A stretch of 63,968 nucleotides of DNA, filler included, from Squatina squatina (taxonomy: Eukaryota), in assembly GCA_031763465.1 (NCBI GenBank). It is 16 parts of one record of this genome, joined end to end, with 100 filler letters (N's around TTAATTAATTAA, not from the genome) between each part and the next. Parts side by side here need not be neighbours in the genome. Positions count along the whole stretch, not along the records: positions 1 to 4,622 come from JARFOE010000001.1; positions 4,723 to 7,093 come from JARFOE010000001.1; positions 7,194 to 10,180 come from JARFOE010000001.1; positions 10,281 to 16,588 come from JARFOE010000001.1; 12 more parts are not named here. One strand, written 5' to 3'. The notes beneath the pieces are model-generated. The model was given only the letters and a program-made list of their open reading frames with translations, did not search any database and was not told where the DNA came from. A program made the translations under genes and the position numbers. Shown here piece after piece: positions 1-13,433 of this stretch. Positions within the stretch are counted from its first letter, which is position 1. The number at the start of each line of letters is the position of its first letter.

Positions 1-1179
1 ATGAAGTACTTTTGGATGCGGCAACCAATTTGCGCACAGCACGCTCCCACAAACAACAATGTGGTGATGACCAGATGAACTGTTTTTGTTGTGTTGATTG
101 AGGAATAAATATTGGCCAAGGACAGTGGTGCTAACTCCCCTGCTCTTCTTCGAAATAGTGGCCGTGGGATCTTTTGCGTCCACCACGGCTGACACAACAT
201 AGAGCATTTGCTCTTTAGATCTCTCACTAGACAACCAGATACTGGTTTTGAATGCATCAATGAAGAAACCCCAAAAGATGCAGTCTAGAAAAGGAGGGAA
301 ATCTCAAGAGTCACAAGAGTTTTTAAGCTGTATTTCAATGTCCTCTGGCAGCTCGGTACAGGCTACGTAGCTGTCCAGACTGTTGTTGCTAACTTCTCAA
401 GATGTTCAGGTCCAAAAAACACGCTTCCATTTCAAAACTTGCCGATTCTATGAACACGGAAATCATTAGGAAACTTCAACAAAACTATCAAGAACCAAGC
501 TCCCCCGATGAGCATCTGTCAAACCTGAACCTCCTTTTGAACATCCCTAACATGCTGTGTTGACAATGCCGTAAACAAATCTTCTTGTGCCACTCAGCAG
601 CTGTCTGACAGCAAAGGAAATCAACATCTTGTTCCTTTGGATTACGTTCAAATCCAAGTCCCAAGTCTACAGAGAAAAACCACTGCAACAAAGATTAATG
701 TTACAGTCAGAGGTACCATCTGCCCCTTGTGCCAACAACGATATTTAGTGTGATCAGCATCAAACCCTCACCGTCCACTGCACATCGCTTCTGTGCACAG
801 AATTCTTCAAGAAGGAAAAAAAGACACAAGCAGCAGTAATGTTCCCAGNNNNNNNNNNNNNNNNNNNNNNNNNNNNNNNNNNNNNNNNNNNNNNNNNNNN
901 NNNNNNNNNNNNNNNNNNNNNNNNNNNNNNNNNNNNNNNNNNNNNNNNATGGTGCAGAACAGCATTGCATCGAACCTGACCTGGGAGTGCTTGATGCTGA
1001 CACTGAATTCCCAAAATGCAAGTGTTCCAGTCCCCTGGTTCCACTACAATCCAAAATGCTGCAATTTCCCCGCACGATCATGTTATGTTTATTTAAAAGA
1101 AAATACTCATTGCGTCTAGGGTAAGCTTAAACATCCCAGGAGTTTTCAGGAGAACTTAAGGTTAACAGACAATTAAATG

Positions 1180-1825
1180 TGTTAGCCTCAGCTCAGTGGT
1201 AATTCTCTCGCTTCCAAGTGAGAACATTGTGTGTTCGAGCCCCACTCCAAGGACTTGAGCACGCAATCTAGGCTGACAGTTCAGTGCAGTATGCAGTCGA
1301 GATTCATCAGGTAGGATTTCTCCTTCATAAATCGAGTCTGTTTCGAGTTGTTGTTACATAGGCTATTGCTATTGATGTTGGGCAAATCAATACCGTGCTC
1401 AAGGGCCAAACTTATGGATGCCGTATCACACTGCACCATATCTGCTCCCACTATTACCCACACAGCAAGTTCCTGTCTTTAAAATCAATTCCCATTATCA
1501 GAAGTGCCAGCTTTCAGATGAGATGTTAACCGAGGCCCCGGATGCCCTGGATGCCCTTTTACAGTAAATGATCCCACTGCGTTATTTGCAGAAGAGCAGG
1601 GGCGTTCTCCCGGTGTGCTGAGTAATATTTATCCCTCAAACAACATCACGATTATCTGGTCATACATCTCGTTGCTGATTATGGAACCTTGCTGTGCACA
1701 AAATGGCTGCCAAGTTTCCCTACATTACAACACGGACGACACTTCAAACATTCTTCATTGGTTGTGAAATGCTGTGGGGTGTCCTTAGGTCACTAAGGGT
1801 GGTTACAAGTGCAAGTTCTTTCATT
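1180..1825 (+). mobile_element. tRNA-headed SINE of the Deu (SacSINE1/AmnSINE1-like) type, interrupted by about 200 bp of other sequence
   Basis: A-box-like tagcctcagctcagtggt and B-box-like gttcgagccc, body motifs gaagagcagggg...ttctcccggtgt and ttgctgtgcacaaaatggctgc, tail acaagtgcaagtt. The same motifs recur many times in the window. Confidence 0.75.
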
Positions 1826-3649
1826 TACATAATTTGTTTCCCAATTAAAGGTGAATTTGAAATTAAAAGGAATTGATTTGCACAAAGCCTACGGGAGCCT
1901 GCTGTTGTTAAAACACCAACACACTCTGGGCTGAAGATCATGCCAGCTTGCATGCCAAGTGCCAAAATTATAAGTACAAATGAAAAATACATTTTGATAA
2001 GTTAAACACTATTCGTAGACAGACGGAATGCAAACACGACGCACCTGCTTCCCAGTAAAACCCTGGCAAATGACTTTTGTTGTCTTGTCTATGTAGAGGT
2101 TTTGCCTCGCGCCGGTGTAACAGTGTCTCGCCCCGCTCCGCTCCACTGCAACTAACAAAAGGCCAAAGAGTTAGCAACACAAGTCTGCTTTTGCACTGAT
2201 TACACATGCTGTCCTGACTCAAGGAGTTCCAATGGCAAAGCTACAATTCACATGCGAACAATCATGGACAGGAAAAGACCCTCTGGTCCAGCGAGCCTGC
2301 CCCACCTTGTGCATCGCAATATATACACACTCCACCCCACCCAAAAACAATGAGATCTCCTTGGAGAGGTGAAAAAAAAANNNNNNNNNNNNNNNNNNNN
2401 NNNNNNNNNNNNNNNNNNNNNNNNNNNNNNNNNNNNNNNNNNNNNNNNNNNNNNNNNNNNNNNNNNNNNNNNNNNNNNNNATAGTACTAACAGTTCCCAA
2501 TCTCTAGGTTTCTGTTTTATCTCTAACCAGCTATTTAACCCCAGCCCCTTGAAAAGCAAGTTAAAATGGTGCGACCTTTACCAACCAATCAGTTACCAGC
2601 TATCCTGTGACATCATTCCTTGTGCTCTTTTTCTCTCGCTGCTGGTCCTGGTGACAATCAGCTGAGAATAATGTGCTCAATTCTCTGGAGTGCTACCCAA
2701 TAGCCAATGAGCTCTCATACTCAGAGCAGATGTTAGAATAATATATGAATATTTTATTTGTTTCAGCTCTATACCATCTCAGCATTAATTTAATTCAGTA
2801 AGTGTGAAAACCTGATGTAGTTATTAATGGAATAAACTACACTATTTGTCGAGACAGCCCCACCACCCACAGTGAGCCTCACCCTATATTTGATGTATTT
2901 GTGTTCACTAAGGGTTTATATATCGTCCCTTTTCACTCAAGGTGGGGAGCTCACTGTGGGGGTCACACGCCAAATGTGGGTCACTCATTGGTGTGATAGG
3001 GCTGAGACAGGAGTCTATCTTACTGCCCTTTTGCAGGGTGCTACCTGATGCAGGTGAGGAAGTCACCAGGAATATGATCCAGGGCAGCAACAGAGAGCAG
3101 GAGAAGCAGCTCAAATACTGTGGATGCAGCTACCACCTGGAATGGGAATGGCTTCTGGCTGGCTTGGTAAGCTCAATGTGTGAGATGAGACAAGAAATCT
3201 CACAACCCAATTCAGACTACTCTCCCACCACATGAATTCTATTTTTAAAGAACCCAATAAGGACACCCACAAAATCCTCAAGGCTCACTAAAGAGGAATC
3301 AAGTGTATTCCCCTCATACTGCTGCGATGCTACTACAAACCTGTCTGAGATCAGGTATCCTGACCTGGGGATATTTACTGAACTATCAAGGAGATACCAC
3401 ATGTTGTCTATCGTGTGAAAAAATAGCACATTGGGGAACTGCAGTAGAGTTTTCAAAGTCTTTGTAGCTCCTTCCAGATTGCAATGTCTCATCCATCTTA
3501 CTATGTTGAGACATATGCATTTAAAGTGATCTATTTCATGCCAGCTTTTTGGGTGTAAAATGGGCACACACCTTACCAATTTAGCAGTGGGCCTCATTTC
3601 TTTAGGCAATTCGGACTGTTCTACTAATGGTGTAATAATTTAAAAATTC

Positions 3650-3988
3650 AAGACTTGCATGTATACAGAACCTTTCAAGACCACACGACATCACAAAGCA
3701 CTTTTACAAAAATGAAGTACTTTTCTAGTGCTGTCACTGCGGCAATGTAGGGACGTTGAGCGATAAATATTGACCAAGACGCCAGTGAGAAGTCCGCTGC
3801 TCTTCGTCAAAATAATATCATGGGATCTTTTACCTTCACTCGAGAGGAAAGACGGGGCCTCGGATCAATGTGTCATCAAACTTACGGCACCTCTGACAGT
3901 GCAGCACTCCGACAGTGTCAGCTTCGATTACGTGCTCAATTCTCTGGAGTGGGACTTGGAGTGCTACCGAACAGCCAATAAGCTCTCA
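3650..3988 (-). mobile_element. Deu-type SINE copy
   Basis: Reverse complement of the motifs at 1180-1825 (agacttgcat...aatgaagtactttt...gggatctttt...ctctggagtgggacttg). Confidence 0.7.
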
Positions 3989-4088
3989 NNNNNNNNNNNN
4001 NNNNNNNNNNNNNNNNNNNNNNNNNNNNNNNNNNNNNNNNNNNNNNNNNNNNNNNNNNNNNNNNNNNNNNNNNNNNNNNNNNNNNNNN

Positions 4089-4350
4089 GATCTAATCGAG
4101 GTGTTTAAGATGATTAAAGGAATTGATGGGGTAGATAGAAAGAAACGACTTCCTCTGGTGGGGCAGTCCAGAACAAGGGGTCATAACCTGACCATTAGAG
4201 ACAGGCCAGTCAGGGTGATGTCAGGACGCATTTCTTCACACACAGACTGGAAACATTAACAAACTCATTGGAGTTGAGGTGCTGATCAGCTATGAACTAA
4301 TTAAATGGTGGAACAGACACGAGGGGCTGAATGGCCGCCACCTGTTCCTG
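4089..4350 (+). mobile_element. CR1-type LINE 3' end
   Basis: Translates DLIEVFKMIKGIDGVDRKKRLPLVGQSRTRGHNL (CR1 ORF2 C-terminus), followed by gaggggctgaatggcc 3' UTR motif. Confidence 0.8.
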
Positions 4351-4500
4351 TGGTCCAATTTTTTTTAAATTCATGACTTTTTTGCAGGCCCTAAATTTTG
4401 AGGTTTTACAGTTTTGGGTCCTCCAGTGTTTTGGTCTTTGTAACACATACTTTTGAACCATCCATTTAAGTCATGTCAATAATGCCAATACTCCTTTCAG

Positions 4501-4622
4501 ATGTCTCACTGACTTTGAGTTGGTTCAGTGTCTCGGACGTGGAGGGTTTGGTGTCGTGTTCGAAGCCAAAAACAAAGTCGATGACTGTAACTACGCCATC
4601 AAGAGGATTCGACTCCCGAATC
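4501..4622 (+). CDS. EIF2AK3: EIF2AK3/PERK coding exon, start of kinase domain (Gly-rich loop and catalytic Lys); truncated by gap
   Basis: Acceptor ctcctttcag ends at 4500. Frame from 4502 reads [40 protein letters not shown], matching vertebrate PERK ([40 protein letters not shown]). This frame is not in the ORF track. Confidence 0.95.
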
Positions 4623-4722
4623 NNNNNNNNNNNNNNNNNNNNNNNNNNNNNNNNNNNNNNNNNNNNTTAATTAATTAANNNNNNNNNNNNNNNNNNNNNN
4701 NNNNNNNNNNNNNNNNNNNNNN
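4623..4722. other. Artificial scaffold linker 44N-TTAATTAATTAA-44N (first of 15)
   Basis: Identical 100-bp construct starts at 4623, 7094, 10181, 16589, 19447, 21862, 24012, 28862, 38708, 42461, 43615, 46895, 48512, 55348 and 61811. The 12-mer gives stop codons in all six frames. Confidence 0.97.
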
Positions 4723-5016
4723 GGTAGGACTGAGGGACTGCTCCCCGGCAGTACTTTATCGCGCTCTCCGCCACGACCCACCTCGTTAAATCTGGGCCCG
4801 TGCCAAGGCCCCGAAGAGAAAGCAAAACCCAACTCCCCAAAAGTCTACCTGTACATTCAGATGCAGCTCTGCCGGAAAGAGACTCTGAAGGACTGGATGA
4901 ACGGCCGATGCCAGATTGAGGACCGAGACCAGACTGAATGTCTTAGGATATTCTTACAGATGGCTGATGCTGTCTGCTTCTTGCACACCAAAGGATTAAT
5001 GCACAGGGACCTTAAG
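4723..5016 (+). CDS. EIF2AK3: EIF2AK3/PERK coding exon, 3' part (end of kinase insert to HRDLK catalytic loop)
   Basis: Open frame from 4723: [98 protein letters not shown], followed by donor gtatta at 5017. [21 protein letters not shown] and GLMHRDLK are PERK-typical. Confidence 0.95.
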
Positions 5017-5599
5017 GTATTACAAAATAGGCACGAGCCACAGTGTTGTCACCAGGACATCCGTAAAGAGTGCGCACGTGAACTTTTCCTACTGTGTATG
5101 TTATTACCTGTGAACATAACCCAATGATACAGTTTTAAACACAGGAATTGCTAGAAATTCTGTGACTACTTAAATCTGAAACTCAGAAAGACAGGTTAAT
5201 ATTTCAGGAGAAGACCCCAGTGACTGGAAGCTAATTAAAACTCCTTAATAAAGCTGAACTAAACAAAGGGACTGTGGTGCGTTAGAAGGAATGGAATATA
5301 GATTTTAGCCTTCCAAATACAGGTTTTCCCCAGAGAAGTTTTTGAGCTGTACAATATTGAAGTGAAGTGCTGATGCTTACAGAACTGTCGCCAGTGGTGT
5401 TACTGATAGAATCAAGTTAACCGGATCAACGATTAGATATTGAGGCATCCAGTTGTTGAGTATTTCCAGTGTTTTTGCATCTGACTTTATCTGGAAGCCT
5501 GTTCCATCACTTTGTGTGAAGTAGAGCTTCCTGATCTCAGTTTCCTTTTTTTAGTTAGTTCTGAGTCCATGTAAACTCAACAACTACTTGTATTTAAAT

Positions 5600-5960
5600 A
5601 GCACCTTTTAATGTAATAAAACATCCCAAGGAGCTTTACAGGAGTATTCGAAGATGACAAATTTGACACCGAGCCATATCAGGAGAAATTAGGGCAGGTG
5701 GCCAAAGGGTTGGTCAGAGGTAGGTTTTAAGGAGCGTCTTAAAGGAAGATAGAGAGGCGGAGAGGTTTAGGGAGGGAATTCCAGGACTGGGGCCTTGGCA
5801 ACAGAAGGCACGATCATCGATGGTTGAGCAATTCTAATCGGGATGCTCAAGAGGGCAGAATTAGAGGAGTGCAAACATCTCCGGGAGGTTTGGCTGGAGG
5901 AGATTAGAGATGGGGAGGGCCGAGGCCATGGAAGGAATTGAAAACAAAGATGAGAATTTT
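5600..5960 (-). mobile_element. L2-like LINE 3' fragment
   Basis: Reverse complement of the repeat at 24765-25110 and 39858-40270 (aggtaggttttaaggagcgtctt...gggagggaattccag). Confidence 0.65.
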
Positions 5961-8900
5961 GAAACTCACCACTTAGTTTGAAGATTTGAGTAATGTACAT
6001 GAATTGTATGTGCAGCTGTTCCCGAAGAAGAGCACCTCTTTCCGCCGCCACCACCCCCACCGTCATCTCGAGAACAACCATAGGCAATAAATGCCAGTCT
6101 CCCCAGTGACACCTACACCCCAGAATTTCCCCGCCCCCAGTCAATCCATTTCCTCATCGTGGCACCAAACTCTCCTTCTCCAACCCCAACCATTTGCATC
6201 TTTCTCCATCTTGAGCCTAATTAACATTGTTGCAGGTACATAATTTGGATTGGGTGTTAAGGTGGACATAAAGGATCCCATCGGCACTATTCAAAGAAGA
6301 GTAGGGGAGTACCTCTGATCTCCTAGCCTGCATTCTTTCCTCGACCAACACTGCCAGAAGCAGATTAACAGCTGCTGAATTTGCCTCCTGATTGTGTTGC
6401 CTATGTAATTTGTCGATTGAGACATGGTGAGGGTGTAATAATGGCCAATTATAAATACTAGTTCATTCTCCTTCTCTCAACACCTATCTGTTTAACAACA
6501 TCTTTGGTCTGCTGCAACAGCAGCAACATACATTTGTATAGCACTTTTAGCGTAGAAAAACATCGCAAGACTTGGCTTTCCTGGGTCGTCTCGCGGTTGC
6601 TCTTCTTTGTCCACTTTTCTCTTGCACTCTGTGGCCTCTCCTCCCCTGGTTCATCCTACAGCTTATCAGTATATAAACCCAAAAGCAGCCATGTGCTGTG
6701 GAAGCACTCGTCTCTCATTCTTGCTCTCTGAGAGAAGTATTAACTGCTCCCATAATGAACATGTGCTTTTTCCCCCACCCCAGTACATCTATCTTGTCAC
6801 CTCCCTCTTCAGCCTCCATTCCTGCCTGCACCACCTCCTATCCTTTCCTCACTCTTCCCTGGTGTCCAACACCCTCAAAGGTGCTCTGACACTTCTGTGC
6901 GTGAGGAGCGGTATGGAACGGTGGTTTACTGGGTAGCTTGTTGGGCCTGGAGGAAACCCGACTGCTCCTCCTGGCCCACAAGCAGTTCTGTAAAGATACC
7001 TGCCTCATGGATTCAGCCCTTCTCGCCTCTTTCCAACTGACTGGTTTCCTGTGGCCAGGGAAACATGGCCGCCTGTGGTTAAAAATCTCAGTGNNNNNNN
7101 NNNNNNNNNNNNNNNNNNNNNNNNNNNNNNNNNNNNNTTAATTAATTAANNNNNNNNNNNNNNNNNNNNNNNNNNNNNNNNNNNNNNNNNNNNCTCCATC
7201 TCTGTCGACACACTGACTGAATCTCTTAATAAGACCCTTTTTAAAGCTGTCATTTTGATTCAACTGCAGTGAACTGTCCATCTCGGGGGTGCAATGAAAC
7301 CTTTTGATGAAGTACGCAGTCAGTTTCAGGTTAGAATCTTGATGAGAAATTGACTACATATTTCATCAAAAGGTTGCAATCCCAAGACTGACTGTTTACT
7401 GTAATTGAATTTGAAGCTTTCACTATTCCATCAACCTGTCAGTAAGCAAGGCTCAATCAGCCAAGCTTGCAAGATGCTAAAATTTTGTTGTGGAGAAAAT
7501 TTAATGACAAAAAGTGTGTGGGGGGGGTGGGGCTCCAGCTGCAAAATAAATTGGATTCACAAACACTTGCTGTGCTGGAGAGTCAAAGCCGTGCGCTGGA
7601 TTGGTTCATTATGACGACAAAATATAATGGCATAATTTCGATATATAGCAAATCAAGTGATATATTGCACAGGCCATAGATCTGTGGGTAATCATCTGCA
7701 AACATGGTCAACAGTGCAATCAGCTCTGTACAAAATTTACAGGATCAGTTACAGAAAACGGAATCTTCTGATGTTGCACGTGAAATGTTTCAAATTTTCC
7801 GTGCTGTGTGGTTCTCTGAAATTACAATTGGATTACCAAAACTTTTAATAAGCTGCAAAATTGCAAACACCCGCCCCGCTCCCTCCCCACCGACAACTCA
7901 ATCCACCCGACAGCAATGTCACCTACACTGGTCACATCAACAACTGCACCTTCGATCACTCATCCGTCTGCAGCAGAGAATGTGATAACACTTGCCCCAG
8001 GACACAAATAAATCTGTCTCTGTTGAGGATGACGTCTAAGACAGCAGAAAGTTCCTAAGGCATTCAATATGTACGCTTGGTTGCACCAGCTAGCTTTTCT
8101 TGACGTGACAGGAGAGAGAGAGAGAGAGGGAGGGAGAGAGAGAGAGGGAGGGAGAGAGAGAGAGAGGAGTCAAGACACAGAAGTGTACTTCAGAGTGTTA
8201 ACAAAACAGACTAAGCGAAGTTTACACGATTCAGTAGAAAGTTAAGAGTGAACAAATACAAAATTTATCAAGGACCAGATGCTTTCATTCCTCTGAAAGT
8301 TAACGTGGCCTCAAAAGTCACACTTCAGAATAAAATCTACACTGTNNNNNNNNNNNNNNNNNNNNNNNNNNNNNNNNNNNNNNNNNNNNNNNNNNNNNNN
8401 NNNNNNNNNNNNNNNNNNNNNNNNNNNNNNNNNNNNNNNNNNNNNGCCAGAGTTCATCTGTCCATTAATTACATTTCTTTGAGATTACATTTCCTGCATT
8501 GTGAGAAATTTCAATGCATAAGATTCTTCAGTTGCTCTCTGAATTATCTCGATAACCTACTGTGATATATATTTCCAGAGAATGCCACGCGAGATGTGCA
8601 ACTCCAGCTCTTGCAGCATAATGATGCCTCACCTTTTCAGATTTACTGCACTGCTTCTACTGTACTCTATGCACTGACTGTATAACAGTTTAAAATATCA
8701 ACTATTATACATATTGGAATGGAGCTCCGAATAATGCGCTCTGGCTGCTCGCTTGACGTTCAAATAGCTCACTTTGTTCACAGTTCACACCGTTCTAAGC
8801 AGTGCTTATTTATAAAAAAATATATAAAAGTCAAAAGAAAAGTGCCAGTAATTCACTCCTGAAGAGTGAATATGATTTTGCCACTTGCGCTATCATATTT

Positions 8901-11900
8901 TATCTTAACAGCTGGCTTTCAGGTTGTGATGCTGTCAGAGAGAAGCACTTAAGAATCGCTTTAGGGAATAATTACACTAAAGACTGAAGCAATCTGCTCA
9001 TCACACTCACTTTGTCGTCATTTCAAAAAGAAAACGGGGGGGGTACAGCCCACAGACTCCAAGCACTTGAGAGAGAGAAAGAGGGAGAGAGAGAGATAGA
9101 CGGACATGTGACAAACCACCAAGGGGCTTTTGTCTGAAAAGGTCAAAACGTCACTCAATAATTCAGCTGGAGCTCACGTTACATTGAGAAAGGCACGGTG
9201 GCCCATCAATATCTGTTACTTATCAACATCTGAAATTCCCATGTGAATGCATCAGTTCAAGCGTGTGCAGCACAGGGCTGGTATATGCCAGGACTCATGA
9301 ACTCTCAAATGGTTGAAGGGAACTGGGAAAAACTAAATATTAACCCTCTGCATGGCAACAAACAGCAACAAAATCTTGCCAAGTCTCAAGCCACTTTTGT
9401 GACATACTATGTAGTTGTGGGAATATTGATTGTAATACCATCTTTTGTTTAAAAAAGACGTTAGTTCATAAAAGACACTTTCACACTTAACTGCAAATTG
9501 TTCCCATCTAAGGAAACTTAGCTCCGTGCTCTGCTGGTTTCTGTTCACCTTTCCTAAACATGTGAATTCTATAATTTAGGGTCTCCTGTAATGGTTCACG
9601 ACTGGGATGGAACAAGGAAACAAATATTGGCTGTTGGAGTAGAACTGTTTAAGTAATAAATGCTTGTGGTGGTGAAAATTAACAGGATAATCCATATACT
9701 CCAGACTACATAAAATCTACTTAGCTGCTTTTTCTTTGGGGCTGAATATGGGAGGGGAAACGTAAGAACATCAGGCAGAACAATTAAGTTACTCTCACAT
9801 CTTGAGGATGTGAACAATATCATCCGAGTGTCTGCACAATTAGTTGTTTGAAAAATATCCATCCTGCACTGAAGATCTGATGCTTCCTTTAGATCTACCA
9901 TTTCTAACCATTATCTTGAGTGTTGTCGCAATTATTTCTCACAGTTTAAGTTCAATGTTCAGATGTTAACACTCTTGCCAAATGATTGGAACAAAAACCT
10001 GAGGCAGACTGGGTACAAAAGCTAAAATGCCCCTTGTAACACAAACATAAGGCCACAATACAAATCCCACACCATCAAATTCCTGGTCACCATTAACTAG
10101 AAACTTAACAGAACCAGCCACAGAAATACTCTAAAAGCACGTCAAAGGCTGGGTATTCTGCGGCATTCACGCCACCCTCCNNNNNNNNNNNNNNNNNNNN
10201 NNNNNNNNNNNNNNNNNNNNNNNNTTAATTAATTAANNNNNNNNNNNNNNNNNNNNNNNNNNNNNNNNNNNNNNNNNNNNAGTAGGGCGTCATTGGCTTC
10301 TGATTAGAAGGTCAGACTGAAATAGAAGACAGCGGGAACAGAGCGATGCATTGACAGGCGAATCTTTGGGCCAATTGGAACTGCCCACCTGCTCATGTAA
10401 AATTAGAATCACCCCATAAAGTTTCTGTTTTAAAAGCTGATAGATTGTTGGAGGACGAGAGGACCAAGGACCTGTAGGGAATTAAATCTGCTGTCCTTAC
10501 CCAGTTTGGCCTATGTGTAACGTCAGTCCCACACCGTCAACTGCTCAGAAGTGGCCGAGCAAGCCACTCACTTGGCCCACTGCCAGTTTCACTGGCCAAC
10601 TAGAAATGGGCAATAAATGCCTGTCTTGCAAGCAATGCCAGTATCTCAAGATTGAATAGAAAGAAACATGAAGAGGTAGGCGGTTAGCTTCAACTATATA
10701 TAGGTTAGCTCCTTCACACAGCCAGACTCAACTCCGGCTCCAAACCAGTTGCACAATGACCTGAATACTTGCGGTTAGAAACAGAAATATGCAAAAGATT
10801 GACAAAGTAAAAGTGGTTGCTTTTTGTTTGAAGAGAATACAAATGAAACTTTCATGCTTGAAATAGCAGATTGTAACTTCAGCCTGAGGCAGTTTAAGGC
10901 TTGATGCTGTGAGACTGTGTGCGACTGCAGAAGTAAGATAATAAAGCTGTAAAGAAAAATCTTGCATTTATATGCTACCTTATCACGTCTCTCAGAAATA
11001 TCCCATAGCACTTCGCATACAATGCATTACTTTAAAGTGCAGTTACTGTTATGGGTTGTTTTCATTAGAACAGAGGAGATTAAAGGGCGATTTGAGAGAG
11101 TTGTTTAAAATTGTGAAGGAATGCGACAGAGTAGATAGAAACAGTGATTGAGGGGTCTATAACAAAGTGATATAGATTAAATGAGAGCTGTTTAGGACAG
11201 AGTTTTTAAAAAATATATACACACACACTGTTGTGAAGTTCTCACATTGCGAGAGCGAGTGACTGAAGCAGAGAGCATGTCAGCATTTAAGAATAGCTTA
11301 GGTAGGTGGTTGAAGAAAAGGGAAATAGAGATATAAAAAAATAGGGTGAGCACACAGTAATAGGACTACAACTTGTGTGTAGGATAAACACCACCACACA
11401 TGGGTTGGGGCCCAACGGCCTGTTCCTGTGTTTTAATTCCCATGTAAACATAGCAGCCATTCTGCACAGCAAAGTCGCACAATCAGCAATGAGATGAATG
11501 ACCAGTTACTCATTTTTTGGTGGTGTTGGTTGTTGGAAGAACGTTAGCTGAGCTCGTGGAAGAACTCCCTGCTCTTCTTCAAATAGTGCTACCGGATGGA
11601 TGTTAAACATTCAGTTNNNNNNNNNNNNNNNNNNNNNNNNNNNNNNNNNNNNNNNNNNNNNNNNNNNNNNNNNNNNNNNNNNNNNNNNNNNNNNNNNNNN
11701 NNNNNNNNNNNNNNNNGTTCTGCGGGCTTGCGCATTGCAGCCTGAGAACCGGCATTTGCGATATCTCCCCGGGTGCATGGGAACATCGCGATATCATGGC
11801 CAAGGTTTCAGGTCGATGACCCTTCGTGAGAACTGATTCATTTAGTCTGTTTGTTGTACCTTGCTCACTTGTAGCCTTCGGTATATTTCAATGGCCCCAG

Positions 11901-13054
11901 AGTTACGTATTTTTTTTTTTACCTGGTTGCTGCAAATATATGGAGACACATGCCTTGAATTGTTTTCCAAATATTCCCCACCATCCTAACCACATTTTCT
12001 ATTTTAGCTTTCATGAACAGTTACTTAGCATCTTGTACCTCAGTTTTAAATTTGTCAGTCCATTGTGCTACCTGAAGCATTATACTTTAGAAACAAGATT
12101 CTGCTTTTATTCCCTCTGCTACCCTTCTTCCCTAGAGGTATATACTGGTCTGCATTGTGTGCTATTTTAAAACATGGTCCACTTTCCTTGCATACTTCTC
12201 TCCTCAAACTCTTTAGTCCAGTTTCCCTAACTTCAAAATCTACCTTTTTAAAGTTGGTGATTTCTATTGCATTCATACTTTATTTTCTCTGAAAATAAAG
12301 CTGTACTACAGACCTATCAAAATCTTGTTCCTCAACGTCATCAGTAATTGATCCAGCATCTCCTTATAATGTCTTAATTGCACAAATTTATCTAAATCAG
12401 GCAGAGATTAAAAGGCCATCTGTGATAATCCGACTTCAGGATACCATGAAACAATACCCTCCATTTAAGAAAATGAAAATCAACCATCAATGATATGTAG
12501 ATCAACCACTGCGTTTAGTTTACTGGCATTCAAATACAGCCCACACAATTATGTCGGAGAGGTCTGTTACTGAAGTGCAAAGATGTGGAAAATTCTCAGT
12601 CATTTCAGATACCATCATTTTGAACCACTGCATGCTCAATTACCCTTTGTTTGTTAATACTTGGTGAATGCAGCGGAACACAGACAAGTCATATCCTGAT
12701 GCTTCCCTTTCTTTACCATTATATTTAAGTTTCTTCATGGATTCCTTTATAGCCAATGTTTCAGAGACCACGACACACTAAAATATGAGAAACAGATTTC
12801 AGTTAGAATTACTGGAGTCAGCGAGGGCAGAAGAGATTACCCTGCTTGGGTGGGGGACAGGAATTTGGTGCGTAACTCAGTTCTGCTAAGATTCCACCCT
12901 GTTTACAGTGGCTCTTTGTAATTTCAGTAAGGGGATGCTATGCCCTCCACCCAAGTGGGCGAGCCCAGTCAGTTCCAGTCAGTTCCACTCAATCCACCCT
13001 CATTTCTACAGGGACAGGCCTGAAAACAAGCCCCAATCCCTTTATTGGAAAACA

Positions 13055-13433
13055 TTTTTTATTCACTCACAGGATGTGCATGTCACTGGCAAAGCCAGCA
13101 TTGATTGTCCATCCCGAGTTGCCCTCGAGAAGGTGGTGATGAGCCGCCTTCTTGAACCGCTGCAGTCCATGTGGTGGAGGTACTCCCACAGTGCTGTTAG
13201 GGAGGGAGTTTCAGGATTTTGACCCAGCGACAATGAAGGGATGGCGATATATTTCCAAGTCAGGATGGTGTGTGACTTGGAGGGGATCTTGGGTGATGAT
13301 GCTCCCATGTGCCTGCTGCCCTTGTCCTTCTAGGTGGTAGAGGTTGCGGGTTTGGGAGATAATGTCGAAGAAGCATTGGCGAGTTGCTGCAGTGCATCTT
13401 ACAGGTGGTACACACTGCAGCAATGGTGCACCA
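13055..13433 (-). mobile_element. LINE 3' fragment (clade not resolved)
   Basis: Its reverse complement matches 15680-15821 and ends in caccaccttctcgagggcaactcgggatggacaatcaatgctggc...gaataaaaa. Confidence 0.6.

Noticed and set aside
219..848. Exon-like purine-balanced sequence after a ctctttag acceptor
   Set aside because: Stops in all three + frames and no recognisable protein motif.
1183..1250. tRNA gene
   Set aside because: A/B-box-like sequence is the head of a SINE, continues into SINE body and forms no clear cloverleaf.
4667..4678. Recurring palindrome TTAATTAATTAA as a biological motif or CRISPR-like repeat
   Set aside because: Always centred in exactly 44 N on each side; an assembly linker.
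12314..12391. Possible minus-strand exon KFVQLRHYKEMLDQLLMTLRNKILI
   Set aside because: Weak donor (gtctgt) and peptide not recognised; compatible with chance.
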